Part shown: positions 9,453-18,227 of the stretch, piece by piece | Position numbering within the stretch: the first letter of the stretch is position 1 | How the letters are laid out: each line of letters starts with the position of its first letter | Source: an uncultured Elusimicrobia bacterium | GTDB lineage: Bacteria > Elusimicrobiota > Endomicrobiia > DTEH01 | Direction of reading: 5' to 3' | Length of the DNA stretch: 64,000 nt | Assembly: GCA_964508565.1 (NCBI GenBank) | Contig: CAZDUB010000001.1 | Span: 181,726 to 245,725 of the forward strand | Translations under genes and position numbers: made by a program | Notes under the pieces: generated by a model | Told to the model about the DNA's origin: nothing | What the model saw: the letters and a program-made list of their open reading frames with translations, nothing else | Databases searched by the model: none

Positions 9453-9544
9453 ATTTTCGCTCCAGAATTAAATTTTGCTAATATATAAAATTGTGTTATC
9501 TTATTCAATTGATTTTTAATTATCTATTTTATATTTCAATCAAT

Positions 9545-9901
9545 ATGGAAGAAATAACAGAAATTCTAACTTCCCAACAACTACATCTAACTCTTTCGCA
9601 AAAAAATTTTATTAAAGAAACTTATGAAATCTTATCTATTTTTTACCCTGACATAGTCAAGATCATAAAACAAAAATTCCACGAAATAAAAACTAAACAA
9701 AAAAACAAATATTTAGCTGGCGAAGAATTTTTTGAGTTTATACAAAATCTCCGATATCCTATAAGTTTTCAAAAAATAAAAAAAATTAAAAAAATACCAG
9801 AACTAAAAAAATATATAAACATAATAACTCTTGAATTAGACGAAGATAAATTTCCAGAAGAGTTGCGCAACAATTTAAAAGAAATCTTAAACCAGCTATG
9901 A
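9545..9901 (+). CDS. Hypothetical small protein, first gene of the radical-SAM/DUF763 trio
   Basis: ATG at 9545 (MEEITEILTS...). Stop overlaps the next start (ATGA at 9898-9901). No recognisable family. Confidence 0.5.
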   Translation: MEEITEILTSQQLHLTLSQKNFIKETYEILSIFYPDIVKIIKQKFHEIKTKQKNKYLAGEEFFEFIQNLRYPISFQKIKKIKKIPELKKYINIITLELDEDKFPEELRNNLKEILNQL

Positions 9902-10854
9902 TAAGAAAAACTCACTTTATCAACAAATACGACTACGGTAAAGATGTAGTTGATTTAGACGAATATGTGGTTTCTTTAGGCACAAACTGTAGTTTGGGAT
10001 GCGAGTATTGTTATTTAAAATTTTCAAAAACGCCACAACAACCAGTCATATACGAAAATTTTGAAAAGTTCACAGAAGAAATAAAAGAACTTTTTAACGC
10101 AACAAAAAAAGATATCTTTTATTTCAATCTTGGTGAAACCACAGATTCTTTTCTTACGAAACAACATTTTGAAACATTAGAAAAGCTTATTGAAATAATT
10201 AACACAACCGCTAAAGAACATAAAAAATTTTGTTTTGTTGAGTTAAGAACAAAAACTGCTAATATAAAAAAATTTGCCAAAAGATTATTTTTTGAAAATG
10301 TAAAATTAATATATGCTGCAACTTTTTCTCCGCAACAACTGATAGAGAAATTTGAAAAAGGTACTGCTAATTTAAAAGAAAGGCTCAACTCTTTAAGTTT
10401 TGCCCAACAGTTAAATTTTTTAGTCGGCATAAGGTTAGAACCTATAATTCTTTATCCTGTTTTAGGTATTAGTTACAAAGATATTTTAGAATCTACTGAA
10501 AATTTAGTTAACGAATACAAGTCATTAATAAAACTTACTCTTAACGAAATAAACCATAAAAATCTACACTCTATAGCTCTATCCACTTTGCGACTTACAA
10601 AAAAACAGTTTAAACTTTTAACTAAACAAAAAAGTCAACTTTGTTTTTTTGAAACTTTTTTATGTCCAGACGGAAAAATTAGGTATTCAAGACCAATAAG
10701 GATAAATATTTACAAACAACTTATAGATTTTATAAAAAATCTATACCCAGAACTTGTAGAGAAAACTTTATTATCATTTGAATTTGAATACATATGGAGA
10801 AACTGTAACCTCAAAATAAAAACTCTACCACAACTAAGTAGTAACTATTTATGA
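9898..10854 (+). CDS. Radical SAM protein, spore-photoproduct-lyase/SplB-like (COG1533-like)
   Basis: CSLGCEYCY = a CxxxCxxC cluster near the N-terminus. 318 aa, with the length and layout of DNA-photolyase-like radical SAM enzymes. Confidence 0.7.
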   Translation: MIRKTHFINKYDYGKDVVDLDEYVVSLGTNCSLGCEYCYLKFSKTPQQPVIYENFEKFTEEIKELFNATKKDIFYFNLGETTDSFLTKQHFETLEKLIEIINTTAKEHKKFCFVELRTKTANIKKFAKRLFFENVKLIYAATFSPQQLIEKFEKGTANLKERLNSLSFAQQLNFLVGIRLEPIILYPVLGISYKDILESTENLVNEYKSLIKLTLNEINHKNLHSIALSTLRLTKKQFKLLTKQKSQLCFFETFLCPDGKIRYSRPIRINIYKQLIDFIKNLYPELVEKTLLSFEFEYIWRNCNLKIKTLPQLSSNYL

Positions 10855-11945
10855 AAAGACGCTTTGCTGATTTACCACTTCATACGGGAGAAGCACCCAA
10901 GTGGCTTTTTGAAAGACAAAAAAAGCTGTTGTTTGAAATATGCAAAGTAGTTATTTTAGAATATGGCACACAAGAACTGCTTTATCGTTTAGCTGACCCT
11001 GTTTGGTTTCAAATTTTAGGTTGTATTTCTGGATTTGATTGGCACTCTTCCGGAGTTACAACTACAGTTAGCGCTGCTATAAAAGAAGCTTTTAGAAATT
11101 CGCCGGAATATGGATTGTATGCTTTTGGTGGGAAAGGCAAAACTGCTTTGAAAACTCCTCAAGAAATTTTATCCTCAAAGTACATAAACACACCAGAGTT
11201 TTTTGTTACAATTTCAAAACTTACAGCAAAAGTTGACAACAGCTGTATCCAAGATGGTTACCAAATATACCATCACACTATTTTCATAGATAAAGATGGT
11301 AACTGGTGCGTTGTCCAACAAGGAATGAATACTAACTTAAGATATGCTCGTAGGTATCATTGGTTTAACAAGACTACAAAATCTCAGCAAAAACAGTTTA
11401 TAATTTCACCACACACAGGTATCGCTGCACAAAAAAAAGAAAACAATGTTTTAAACTTTGTAGACGAGAACTCTCTTCCTCTACAAAAAAATATACTTGA
11501 ATATATTAACTTACAAAAACCAGAAGATATAATAAAAGATTTGTCCAAGATGGCATCCACTACAAGCCAACCAGACCTTTTTTTACCGCAAAGACATTAC
11601 ATCTTAAAAGAAGACTTTGACCACAAAAAACTTTATAAAATGTTTTGTAAAATAAAAAATCAAAATGTAAACTCTTTTTCAGATATATTATTAACAGAAG
11701 GAGTTGGACCTAAAACACTGCGTGCTTTGGGACTAATATCAGAACTGATCTACAACTATCCTGTATCTACAACAGACCCAGCGAGGTTTTCTTTTGCTTT
11801 CGGAGGAAAAGACGGACATCCATATCCTGTAGATAAAGAAAACTACGACAAAACACTAAATCTATTTAAAACTATAATAGACAAAGCAAAAATAGAAGGC
11901 AAAGAAAAATTGAGGATTTTAAAAATTTTAGCAACCAATGTGTGA
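10851..11945 (+). CDS. DUF763 family protein with helix-hairpin-helix motif
   Basis: N-terminal ADLPLHTGEAPKWLFERQ...LADPVWFQ...GFDWHSSGVTTT matches my memory of DUF763. LLTEGVGPKTLRALGLISELIY (nt about 11689-11752) is HhH-like. ATGA overlap with the upstream gene. Confidence 0.75.
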   Translation: MKRRFADLPLHTGEAPKWLFERQKKLLFEICKVVILEYGTQELLYRLADPVWFQILGCISGFDWHSSGVTTTVSAAIKEAFRNSPEYGLYAFGGKGKTALKTPQEILSSKYINTPEFFVTISKLTAKVDNSCIQDGYQIYHHTIFIDKDGNWCVVQQGMNTNLRYARRYHWFNKTTKSQQKQFIISPHTGIAAQKKENNVLNFVDENSLPLQKNILEYINLQKPEDIIKDLSKMASTTSQPDLFLPQRHYILKEDFDHKKLYKMFCKIKNQNVNSFSDILLTEGVGPKTLRALGLISELIYNYPVSTTDPARFSFAFGGKDGHPYPVDKENYDKTLNLFKTIIDKAKIEGKEKLRILKILATNV

Positions 11946-12195
11946 AGAAAGCAAATTAGTGAATGTGTGGATACGTATATGCGTGGATGAGTGGATAAGT
12001 TTATTTAGGTTTATTCTGCTTACGCATATAAATATTAACGCATGTACGCATTAACATATTGGGTCTATCGAGTTCATTGGGTTTATTGGGTTTGTTGAGT
12101 TTAATATATCACTAAAACCCTAACCTCTATATCCTAGAGCTCCTAACTCCTTTTACAATAAAACCAAATAACCAAACAACTATATAATCAAATTA
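11946..12195. repeat. Mosaic intergenic repeat block (modules A-B-C-D)
   Basis: GTGGATACGTATATGCGTGGATGAG (A), 9-bp-periodic TGGGTTTAT array 12058-12104 (B), TTAATATATCACTAAAACCCTAACC (C), AACCAAACAAC (D). The B-C-D order recurs at 52994-53130 and, reversed, at 60958-61140. Confidence 0.85.
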
Positions 12196-12212
12196 ACCAG
12201 TCAATTCTTATA

Positions 12213-13472
12213 CTATTGTCTTAACCCGATAGAGATACCACAATGGGAATATCTTTCTAATGGAGGCTTTGTTGCTAAATAATCTAATGTACTTGCTCCA
12301 ACGCAACCTAAAATTTTTCTATTCAAAAATCTCAATATCAAAACTATACAACTAATATTATTTAATAACATCCCTAATTTTTTCGTACTCATGACTTCCT
12401 TTCTTAAATTTACTGATGTATTTTTTGTATACTGAGTGTGCTTTTTTGTTATCATTCAACTTTTTTGTAATCTTTAAGCTCTTTATAACAATATCCAATT
12501 TTAAGTTTAGCATCAGCAGTAATATCTTTTAGCTTCGGCGGCAAGAATGGAAAAAAAGTTTGTGTATTATAAGACGGAAGTTGCATTTTTATAAATTCTA
12601 AACACAAATCTAAAGCGTTTTGATATTCTTTTTGTCTATAATACACATTTTGCTAAGTGATAAGTTAAAGCAGGCTTTAAAAAATTATTTGTTTCATACT
12701 TTTTATATAGAGATACTGCTTTCTCAATCACTTTTTCTTTCTCTTCAAGTTGTTCGTAACAAAAAATAATTCTTCAATGACATCAAATATATATATATTG
12801 AGTTATAATACTTCTGTAAAAATTGTTCATATTCTATTATTGCTTTTTGGTAACTATTATTATGGATTGTTTTTCTATCAGAATAAATTACCCTAAGACA
12901 ATACTGAGCATCTTGTGAGTATACAGTATTTATATATTTAGCATAGTCACTATATGCTATGGTTAAATATAGAAGAAGTAACGGATTTCTTTTCAATTCT
13001 TTCTCTGGAAGTTTTAAAATTTCATATTCTGCTTCTTTAGGATAACCCTGTGTTAAAGAAAACTACTAACCTCTTCAATATATTTTATATATAAAGTTTC
13101 ATCAAACTTTTTGTGCAAGTTATATTTTTTCTATCAAATTTTTTCTATAAGACGCTTCCATAACAATAAAATCTGATTTTAAATTTTTAAATTTTTTTCT
13201 ATTTCTTTAAAAATTTCGTAAGCTAAAGAAAAATTCTTAATACTTTCATATGACTTATCCAGAATCAACATAACAGAAGCTTTACGATGGTCTGAAAGCG
13301 CCTTGATTCTTAAAGCCTTATTACACTTAGATATTACTTTTTTTACTTTTTCATAATCTTTTTTCTCTTGATAAATGTAAATTTCCTTCATTATTCCCTC
13401 AATATCTTCTTGACAAAACAATTTTAAGGTTAAAAATAAACATAAAAAAACAAAAACGCTAAACCTCTTCAT
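12213..13472 (-). pseudogene. Decayed TPR-like secreted protein gene, broken into at least 4 fragments
   Basis: Successive minus-strand ORF fragments begin with a signal peptide (MKRFSVFVFLCLFL...). They carry TPR-like Y/A/L-rich helices such as YYRQKEYQNALD and GYCYKELKDYKK, interrupted by stops and frame changes. Confidence 0.55.
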
Positions 13473-13814
13473 AAGAAATTACACTCCATTCTGCAATTTT
13501 CTAATATGGACGGTCTACTAAATTTTACCAACATATTCAATTTATAACTTATTTTTTTGAAATTCTTCTTTTGAGAGTTCTGTTATAATCTTTACTTTAA
13601 CCTCTATTAAAGTAGCAAATCCTGGATATATAAAGTTATGACTATGAATGTATAAGTATAAGGTTAAAAGTAAATGAAATTTCTATAATGTCAAGAAATA
13701 CACAGAGTATTCGTTTAGTAAAACTTGACAAAGGTATCAAAGTTGCAGATGTCTGAGGAAGAGTAGTTAAGTTAAAAATAATTTATGCTTGAAAGATAAA
13801 AATTTTAAAAATTT

Positions 13815-13840
13815 CCCCGCCCGGGTTTTCCGGGCGGAGG
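13815..13840 (-). terminator. GC-rich hairpin, likely intrinsic terminator of the 13880-14155 gene
   Basis: CCGCCCGG (13817-13824) / CCGGGCGG (13830-13837), loop GTTTT. On the minus strand a T-rich tract follows (GGAAATTTTTAAAATT). Confidence 0.65.
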
Positions 13841-13879
13841 TTAGAAGTTCAAGAATTCACAATTCAGTACTTCAATAAA

Positions 13880-14155
13880 TTACTTTATCGTAGGAGCTGC
13901 TGTAGGTGTTGAAGATTTTACTTCTGTTTCTTTTGCCTTTTTGGATGATTTCTTAGCAGTCTTTTTCACTTTCTTAACACTTTCCTTCTTTTCTGTCTTT
14001 GCTGCTGATGTTACTGGAGTCGCTGGAGTTGTAGAAGTTGCTGTTTTTTTCTGTTGTGTCTGTGTAGTAACAGGTGTTGTTGCTTGTTTTTCTTCAGCAT
14101 AAATTGTACTAAATATAAAACCTATTAAAGCAAATAAAATAACTAATTTTTTCAT
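13880..14155 (-). CDS. Small secreted Lys/Thr/Pro-rich low-complexity protein
   Basis: Signal peptide MKKLVILFALIGFIFSTIYA, GGAGG RBS upstream, terminator downstream. Confidence 0.6.
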   Translation of the reverse strand: MKKLVILFALIGFIFSTIYAEEKQATTPVTTQTQQKKTATSTTPATPVTSAAKTEKKESVKKVKKTAKKSSKKAKETEVKSSTPTAAPTIK

Positions 14156-14228
14156 TGCCTGGTTCCTCCTTTTTTATAAATAATTTTAAAAAATTATTGT
14201 TAGTATTTACAAAAGCTTTGCAGAGAAA

Positions 14229-14546
14229 TTATAAAATAGGCGGGTCATCTCTTGGGAAAGAAATTAGATTAGAAAAAATTTCATAAATTATGAACTGTTC
14301 GTTACCATCGATGAGATTACTTAGAGGCTTAAAATAAAAACAAACATCAAGATTGTTGGTAATAGTGCTTAAATTAGGAAGAAGAAAATCAAAATTTATT
14401 TCTATGCGGGTTAAATAATCATTAGAAAAAGAATCTACATCAGTTGGATATTTATTTTCTATCTCAACTTCTTTACTACTAACAAGCGTGACTAAAAATA
14501 AAAACACTATGAATTCAAAAATCAGTAATTTAAATTTTCTATTCAT
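14229..14546 (-). CDS. Hypothetical secreted protein
   Basis: 105 aa ORF with an N-terminal hydrophobic signal-like segment. No family recognised. Confidence 0.35.
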   Translation of the reverse strand: MNRKFKLLIFEFIVFLFLVTLVSSKEVEIENKYPTDVDSFSNDYLTRIEINFDFLLPNLSTITNNLDVCFYFKPLSNLIDGNEQFIIYEIFSNLISFPRDDPPIL

Positions 14547-14889
14547 ATTCTTTGTTTTGTAATTTTGTATTAAATATTTTTGTCATTTGTCACAATAGTT
14601 TGGAATTATAACTAGCTATCCCGTTATTATATAAGACAACAAAAATTCTAAAAACTTGCGGTCTTTATTTTGATAACTATTTTATTTTTGTAGAAAAATT
14701 TCACATTAGAAAAACTCTGCTCAAAATAGTCTTTTGTAAGAACGGTTGGAATGTTATATTCATACAAATAATTAAGCACAAACAGAATAAGTTCCTCTTT
14801 TTATTCTACGATTAGGTCTTAATAACTCATTTCATTTTGAACTTATTGAGTAAGATTATAACTAACATTTCCAGCAAGATAATGAATTC

Positions 14890-15150
14890 TCACTTCAGTA
14901 CCATTTCACTGCTATTATTATGGTGTATAGAAATAAACTTGTCTGCTGCATAGCTTTTTGCAATGTTTGCCCTTTCTTTTAAATTCCCATTATAATTGGC
15001 ATTCTTCGTTAATTTAACATAATCTCCTTCAGTTGCCGGTTTGTCAGCTAATCTTTTAGTTATCTCAAGATTTATTTCTTTTTCTACTGTTCCTACAGCA
15101 TCATCTATAGCTCAAGTATCAGAATCTCGATATTCAGAATCAACCACAAA
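14890..15150 (-). pseudogene. N-acetylmuramoyl-L-alanine amidase (Amidase_3) remnant
   Basis: Minus-strand translation: FVVDSEYRDSDT*AIDDAVGTVEKEINLEITKRLADKPATEGDYVKLTKNANYNGNLKERANIAKSYAADKFISIHHNNS. This matches the Amidase_3 core (EKDINL...L.ER..iAN...AD.FISIH.N). It has an internal stop and has lost the GHGG motif. Confidence 0.7.
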
Positions 15151-15273
15151 AAACTTTGTCAAGTAGTGTTAAAAAAGTCCTAAATTATACAAATATCATT
15201 GATAAAATTTGATTTCTTTATAGAAATTTTGTATTTGACAATTAAACTACTATACAAACAAATTGCTAAACCA

Positions 15274-16179
15274 ATGAAAATTGTTTATTCACCAAAATAT
15301 GAGGTGGATTTAGGCGAACATCCTTTTGATACAAGAAAATACAGATTAATAAAAGAAAAACTTCAAAAAGAGTTTTCAACAGTTGAATTTGTAGAACCAA
15401 AGCAAGCTTCAGCCCAAACTTTAACCAAAGTCCACACAAAAGAATATGTTGAAAAAGTGCTAAACTTAAAGCTTTCCTATCATGAAATTCTAAGACTTGA
15501 AATCCCTCTAACAAAAGAAATTATAGAAGCTTCTTGTATATCTGTAGGTGGTACAATTTTAGCAGCAGAGTTAGCTTTAAAACAAAAAGTTGGGCTTCAT
15601 ATTGGCGGGGGGTGGCACCACGCTTATGCTGATCATGGAGAAGGTTTTTGTGTTTTTAACGACATCGCATGTGCTATAAAATATTTGCAGGAAAAAAACC
15701 TTGCTAAAAAGATAGCGGTTGTAGATTGTGATGTCCACCAAGGCAACGGAACTGCCAAAATTTTTGAAAATGACAACGATGTTTTTACATTTTCAATTCA
15801 CCAGAAAGAAATTTACCCTTTTCCAAAAGAAAAAAGTACACTTGATATTGAAGTTGCTGCCTATACAACAGATGATGAATACTTAAAACTATTAGAACAA
15901 GGACTAAAAGAAGTAAAAAAGTTCGTACCAGAAATTGTATTTTACCAAGCAGGAACAGATATCTATGAATACGATCAGCTTGCACAACTTAAAATAACAA
16001 AAAATGGTATCCTTAAGCGAGACATGATTGTTAAAGAATATTTCAAAGAAATTCCTATTATTGTCACTTTAGGAGGAGGTTATGCCTTCAAACTTGAAGA
16101 CACAGTTGAACTACACTACAACACACTTAAAATTTTTGTTGAAGATTTTTTAAGTATTGGAAAACAATTTAAAAAATAG
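15274..16179 (+). CDS. Histone deacetylase-family (zinc-dependent) deacetylase
   Basis: HIGGGWHHAYADHGEGFCVFND, DCDVHQGNGT and LGGGY signatures. Start taken at MKIVYSPKY. Confidence 0.85.
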   Translation: MKIVYSPKYEVDLGEHPFDTRKYRLIKEKLQKEFSTVEFVEPKQASAQTLTKVHTKEYVEKVLNLKLSYHEILRLEIPLTKEIIEASCISVGGTILAAELALKQKVGLHIGGGWHHAYADHGEGFCVFNDIACAIKYLQEKNLAKKIAVVDCDVHQGNGTAKIFENDNDVFTFSIHQKEIYPFPKEKSTLDIEVAAYTTDDEYLKLLEQGLKEVKKFVPEIVFYQAGTDIYEYDQLAQLKITKNGILKRDMIVKEYFKEIPIIVTLGGGYAFKLEDTVELHYNTLKIFVEDFLSIGKQFKK

Positions 16180-16229
16180 TAAATGTAAATTTTGTGGATA
16201 TAAAATTGCAGGAGTTTGGAATTAAAATT

Positions 16230-16733
16230 ATGGAACTTTTAGAACTTATCAAATCAAGACGGAGTATAAGAAAATTTAAACAACAACCAATTTCAGAAGA
16301 ATTTATTCAACAAATTTTGGAAGCTGCAAGATGGGCTCCTTCTGGGTTAAACAACCAACCTTGGCGGTTTATAATAATAAAAGACAAAAAATCTATTGAA
16401 GAACTTTCACAATTTACAAAGTACAGTTATATAATTAAACAAGCAGCAATATTGATTGTTGTGTTTTTAGACAACACTGCAAGTTATGATAGAACTAAAG
16501 ACATTCAAGCAATTGGTGCTTGTATTCAAAATATGCTTCTTATGTGTCATGCATTAGGTTTAGGTTGCTGTTGGATTGGTGAAATATTAAACAGAAAAGA
16601 TGAAGTTGAAAAATTTTTAGGGATTTCTTCCTCGCTTGAATTAATGGCAGTTTTAGCTATCGGTTGGCCACAAGAAACCCCAACAATAGGAAAAAGGAAG
16701 CCATTAGATGAGTTAATATTAAAAAAAATTTGA
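16230..16733 (+). CDS. Nitroreductase family protein
   Basis: LELIKSRRSIRKF, APSGLNNQPWRF and WIG motifs. ATG at 16230 preferred over the GTG at 16194. Confidence 0.85.
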   Translation: MELLELIKSRRSIRKFKQQPISEEFIQQILEAARWAPSGLNNQPWRFIIIKDKKSIEELSQFTKYSYIIKQAAILIVVFLDNTASYDRTKDIQAIGACIQNMLLMCHALGLGCCWIGEILNRKDEVEKFLGISSSLELMAVLAIGWPQETPTIGKRKPLDELILKKI

Positions 16734-16748
16734 TCTAAGGAGGTAAGT

Positions 16749-18134
16749 ATGATAAAATTAGACTACACCAACTGTATGCAAGATAAAGTAAAACAACATG
16801 GCCTTACACAACAGGAGTTGCAAAATTATAGACAAAAATTTGTAGAAATACACAACAGCATAAATCAAAAAATTGCTGACGAAAAGCTTATGCTTGGTTG
16901 GGCAAAACTCCCCTATTTAAACTTTGAAGTTGACAAAATTTTAAAAATGGCAAAAGAAGTAAAAAATAAGTTTGATACGCTTTTAGTTTTAGGGATAGGT
17001 GGATCTGCTTTGGGTAATATTGCTTTACAAACAGCTTTAAGAGATAAATTTTGGAATTACCTTCCAAAAAGTCAAAGAAAGGGATGGCTTAAACTATATG
17101 TTTTTGACAATGTAGACCCTGACACAGCAAAAAGTCTACTTAAACATATTGATATCAAAAAAACTCTTATTAATGTTATCTCAAAAGCTGGCGATACCGC
17201 TGAAACAGTTGCTACTTTTTTTGTATTTTATAACGAACTTGTCAAAAAAGTAGGCAAAAAAAATGCTAAAAAACATATAATAATAACCACAGGACCAAAA
17301 ACCGGTTTCTTACGCGAACTTGTAAATAAAGGGTATTCACAGTATGATTTCACAATTCCTGAAAATGTGGGCGGAAGATTTTCTGTACTGTCGCCTGTAG
17401 GGTTAGTTTCTGCTGCTCTTACAGGAATAAATATTAGGAATTTGCTTGCTGGTGCTAAAAACATGGCTGAGTTGTGTAAAGTAGAAAAAAATGTAAAAGA
17501 AAATGAAGCTTTTGAAAACCCTGCATTTATTTTTGCTTTAATAAACTATTTGTTATATCAAAAAGGAAAACACATCTGTGTAATGATGCCATATTCAGAC
17601 AGGTTATATGGATTTGCTGACTGGTTCCGCCAACTCTGGGCTGAGAGTTTAGGTAAAGAAAAAGATAACAATGGCAACATTGTAAACGTAGGTCCAACTC
17701 CAATAAAAGCTTTAGGTGTAACAGACCAACATTCCCAAATTCAGCTTTACCGTGAAGGACCAAACGACAAAATCATAGTATTTCTTTCAGTTGAAAAGTT
17801 TAGCTGTGAGATAAAAATTCCAAAATTCCCACAAGAACATTACTTATGTGGACATACATTAAATGAACTTTTTAAATCAGAAGAAAAAGCGACAATTGCA
17901 TCTCTAACCCAAGCACAAAGGCCAAATATGACTATTACCTTCCCACAAATAGATGAAGAAAGTATTGGTGAGTTTATCTATATGTTAGAACTTGCTACAG
18001 CTTATGCTGGTGAGTTATTTAACATAGACGCATTTAACCAACCAGGAGTTGTTTTGGGCAAAAACTACACATATGCACTTTTAGGAAGAAAAGGTTACGA
18101 AAAATATCTTGAAGAGTTAAAGATCTTTAAATAA
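16749..18134 (+). CDS. pgi: Glucose-6-phosphate isomerase
   Basis: 461 aa; LGIGGSALG, SKAGDTAET, GGRFSVLS and DQHSQIQLY signatures. AAGGAGG RBS. Confidence 0.9.
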   Translation: MIKLDYTNCMQDKVKQHGLTQQELQNYRQKFVEIHNSINQKIADEKLMLGWAKLPYLNFEVDKILKMAKEVKNKFDTLLVLGIGGSALGNIALQTALRDKFWNYLPKSQRKGWLKLYVFDNVDPDTAKSLLKHIDIKKTLINVISKAGDTAETVATFFVFYNELVKKVGKKNAKKHIIITTGPKTGFLRELVNKGYSQYDFTIPENVGGRFSVLSPVGLVSAALTGINIRNLLAGAKNMAELCKVEKNVKENEAFENPAFIFALINYLLYQKGKHICVMMPYSDRLYGFADWFRQLWAESLGKEKDNNGNIVNVGPTPIKALGVTDQHSQIQLYREGPNDKIIVFLSVEKFSCEIKIPKFPQEHYLCGHTLNELFKSEEKATIASLTQAQRPNMTITFPQIDEESIGEFIYMLELATAYAGELFNIDAFNQPGVVLGKNYTYALLGRKGYEKYLEELKIFK

Positions 18135-18227
18135 ATTATTTGATACAAAAAGTAAAGATCAAACAGAAAAAATTAGTAACTAAAGAACTCCAATATATTT
18201 TCTCCAATGTAGATGGAAAAATAACTG

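Noticed and set aside
12058-12104. Possible CRISPR array suggested by the short tandem units (also 53000-53043 and 61063-61140)
   Set aside because: Units are only about 9 bp, degenerate and contiguous, with no unique spacers of 25-40 bp. No cas genes are in the window.
13553-13690. 46-codon minus-strand open frame ending ...YPGFATLIEVKVKIITELSKEEFQKNKL
   Set aside because: It has no start codon or RBS and follows an in-frame stop. It is probably a gene remnant within the decay island and cannot be assigned.
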